Below are positions 35,572-36,264 of a stretch of DNA of 36,264 nt, piece by piece. The stretch's first letter is position 1. Each line of letters opens with the position of its first letter. Under the pieces are notes generated by a model that saw only the letters and a list, made by a program, of their open reading frames with translations, was not told the origin of the DNA and did no database searches. The DNA lies in the NCBI GenBank assembly GCA_039934135.1, contig JBDTMT010000002.1, forward strand, positions 1 to 36,264. The letters are read 5' to 3'. The stretch comes from a bacterium. GTDB lineage: Bacteria > Desulfobacterota > Binatia > HRBIN30 > CADEER01. The translations under genes and the position numbers were made by a program.

Positions 35572-36132
35572 TCAGCCACCCGCCGGCGGAAATCCGGCAA
35601 CGCCGTCGTCCAGCGGCACGCCGAGGCTGTTGAGCGCCATCGACACCATCGTGTACTGGCCGACGGCGAACACCACGTCGATCAGCTGCTGCGTGTTGTA
35701 GCGCGCCGACAGCGCCTTCCAGGTGGCGTCGCCGATGCGCTGCTCGCGATGCAATTCGTCGGCGGCGCGCAGCAGCGCGGCGTCGAACGAATCCCAGCCC
35801 GGCGCCTCGGGGCCGACGGTGATGCGGTGGATCTCGTCGTCGCTGAGGCCGATCTGCTTGCCGATGACGACGTGCTGGCCCCACTCGTACTCGGCGCGGC
35901 AATTCCAGCCGGTGCGCAGGATCAGCAGCTCGCGCTCGCGCGCGCCGATGGTCGACTTGAACAGCACGTGGTTGCCGAACACCAGCCAGCGCTTGAGCAG
36001 CTTCGGGTGGCGCGCCAGCGTCTTGAAGATGTTGAGCACGCCGTCGCCCATGGTCGCGGCGTTCAGGACCTCCTTCACCTCATCGTCCCATTCGGCGGGA
36101 GGCAGCGGCGTGACGCGTGGCGTGTTCGGCAT
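35572..36132 (-). CDS. Carboxymuconolactone decarboxylase / AhpD-like protein
   Basis: LNIFKTLARHPKL, RERELLILRTG...AEYEWGQH, LLRAADEL, VGQYTMVSM.LNS; AGGGAGG RBS. Confidence 0.9.
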   Translation of the reverse strand: MPNTPRVTPLPPAEWDDEVKEVLNAATMGDGVLNIFKTLARHPKLLKRWLVFGNHVLFKSTIGARERELLILRTGWNCRAEYEWGQHVVIGKQIGLSDDEIHRITVGPEAPGWDSFDAALLRAADELHREQRIGDATWKALSARYNTQQLIDVVFAVGQYTMVSMALNSLGVPLDDGVAGFPPAGG

Positions 36133-36264
36133 GGATGGTCCCTCCCTGGGCTCGCGTAGGCCTCTAACAGAAGCGCCGGCGGCTGACCAAAGGCGCACGG
36201 CACTCATGCCTAGTGCACCGCCGTCGAGATAGGGTTAAGCATCTTGCCGTCCCTCGACGCCCCT

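Overview
A high-GC bacterial chromosomal window with about 33 genes. No rRNA, tRNA, CRISPR array or transposase was recognised. Most genes are metabolic: SDR, dienelactone hydrolase, pyrF, WS/DGAT, TauD-like dioxygenase, epoxide hydrolase, gpsA, two acyl-CoA ligases, ABC1 kinase, amidase and a FadR plus desaturase pair. There is also a VapBC toxin-antitoxin pair, an orphan PAS/GAF histidine kinase and a tandem double-GST protein. The most unusual locus is a translationally coupled three-gene operon at 29280-33216. It encodes (1) an exported c-type cytochrome with a sulfite-oxidase-like N-domain, (2) a GTP cyclohydrolase II homologue lacking the formate-releasing Tyr and carrying a degenerate second GCH II domain, and (3) a double-SIS sugar-isomerase domain fused to a creatininase/formamide-hydrolase domain. 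This suggests an undescribed GTP-derived pyrimidine/pterin pathway. Intergenic DNA is crowded with palindromic elements: inverted arrays of 7-10-nt tandem repeats, two GTAG/GTGG REP families, and two copies of a ~157-bp MITE-like element with 18-bp terminal inverted repeats. All protein assignments come from reading motifs by eye, not from database searches.
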